A stretch of DNA of 64,000 nucleotides, from contig MU054096.1 in the NCBI GenBank assembly GCA_013239625.1, positions 223,098-287,097 of the forward strand, given 5' to 3'. This document shows, in pieces, positions 63,246-64,000 of this stretch (the first letter of the stretch is position 1; the number at the start of each line of letters is the position of its first letter). The stretch is from Lama guanicoe (Eukaryota). The notes beneath the pieces were generated by a model, which ran no database searches, was not told where the DNA came from, and worked only from the letters and a program-made list of their open reading frames with translations. Position numbers and translations under genes: made by a program.

Positions 63246-64000
63246 GATTAAAGGAGCTATTTCCTACTTGGAGAATTGTAGACGTTCAAGTGTTTGACAT
63301 TATCTTAAAATTCCGTAAAGACCTTCCTCTAATTTAATCTTCAGTCTTTAGCTGTCCCCACAGATGGGTTAAGTCAGTCAATGGCAAGAGGAAGAAATAA
63401 AGAAGTAGCTAGGCAGAGACCAAAAGAGACTTTCATTTCCCTCAAAGCCTGGTTTAATCAACAGTTTCAAAGAGGCACACAGCAGTCTGCGTGTATGAAA
63501 TTTTGCCAGAAGGAATTAAGCCGAAAAAGATGATCTTCCTCTCAGAACTTGCAAAGTTCCAGCTGGGACATTTTGCATAATGGATTCACTTCTCTATTGT
63601 GAACATGCAACTGCGTATGAAAATTGCTTCAGTGAATAAAAAAATAAAAAATAAAAACAGGGCTTCAACTGCTCTCAAGATGTTTTCTGGACTCTCTCCC
63701 TGATTCCTTACTGTTTCCAGAGCCTCCCTCCTTCCCGGCCCACCAAACCCTAGACTAACAGAGAACACTCTGTGGAGGCTGTAAGTTTATGTTACAGCTT
63801 AAGGTTGAGACATAAAACATAATCACTACAACACAGTCCCCAGCCTGTTCTCACCTTCCTCGGAAACTCAATCTTAACAAGCTTTTTTTCCAGCCTGGAA
63901 TTTGGCATTCATTTTTCTTGTTCTCAATCTTTCAGAAGGATAGAATGCTGTTAATGGTTCAAGGTCTTTTCCTTCAGCTGAAGTGTGGGCTTTTGAAGGA

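Noticed and set aside
1..64000. CRISPR arrays, rRNA genes, prokaryote-type systems
   Set aside because: No regularly spaced repeat-spacer array or rRNA motifs; the sequence is mammalian nuclear DNA.

Overview
Mammalian genomic DNA, most likely a camelid. Support: ~17 copies of a tRNA-derived SINE matching the camelid vic-1 type, many young cetartiodactyl-type L1 3' ends, and a background of old L1M, L2, MIR, CR1, MaLR/ERV LTR and MER elements. At the left end are the promoter and first exons of an unidentified minus-strand gene (exons ~8410-8052 and 486-298, joinable in frame) that runs off the window. The main discovery is in the non-repetitive islands between ~16.2 and ~43.5 kb on the + strand. 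When translated by hand across stops and frameshifts, they give a collinear series of roughly 12-16 decayed PLAT/LH2 domains. This looks like the fossil of a large LOXHD1-like multi-PLAT gene (a probable unitary pseudogene) lying head-to-head with the minus-strand gene, with an RFX X-box in the intervening region. Retroelements have inserted directly into its former exons, including two successive insertions at one 15-bp target. No intact long protein-coding gene, true tRNA/rRNA gene or CRISPR array is supported. There is one N-gap and two exact duplications that look like assembly artefacts. All family assignments come from motif recall, not database searches, and repeat boundaries are approximate.
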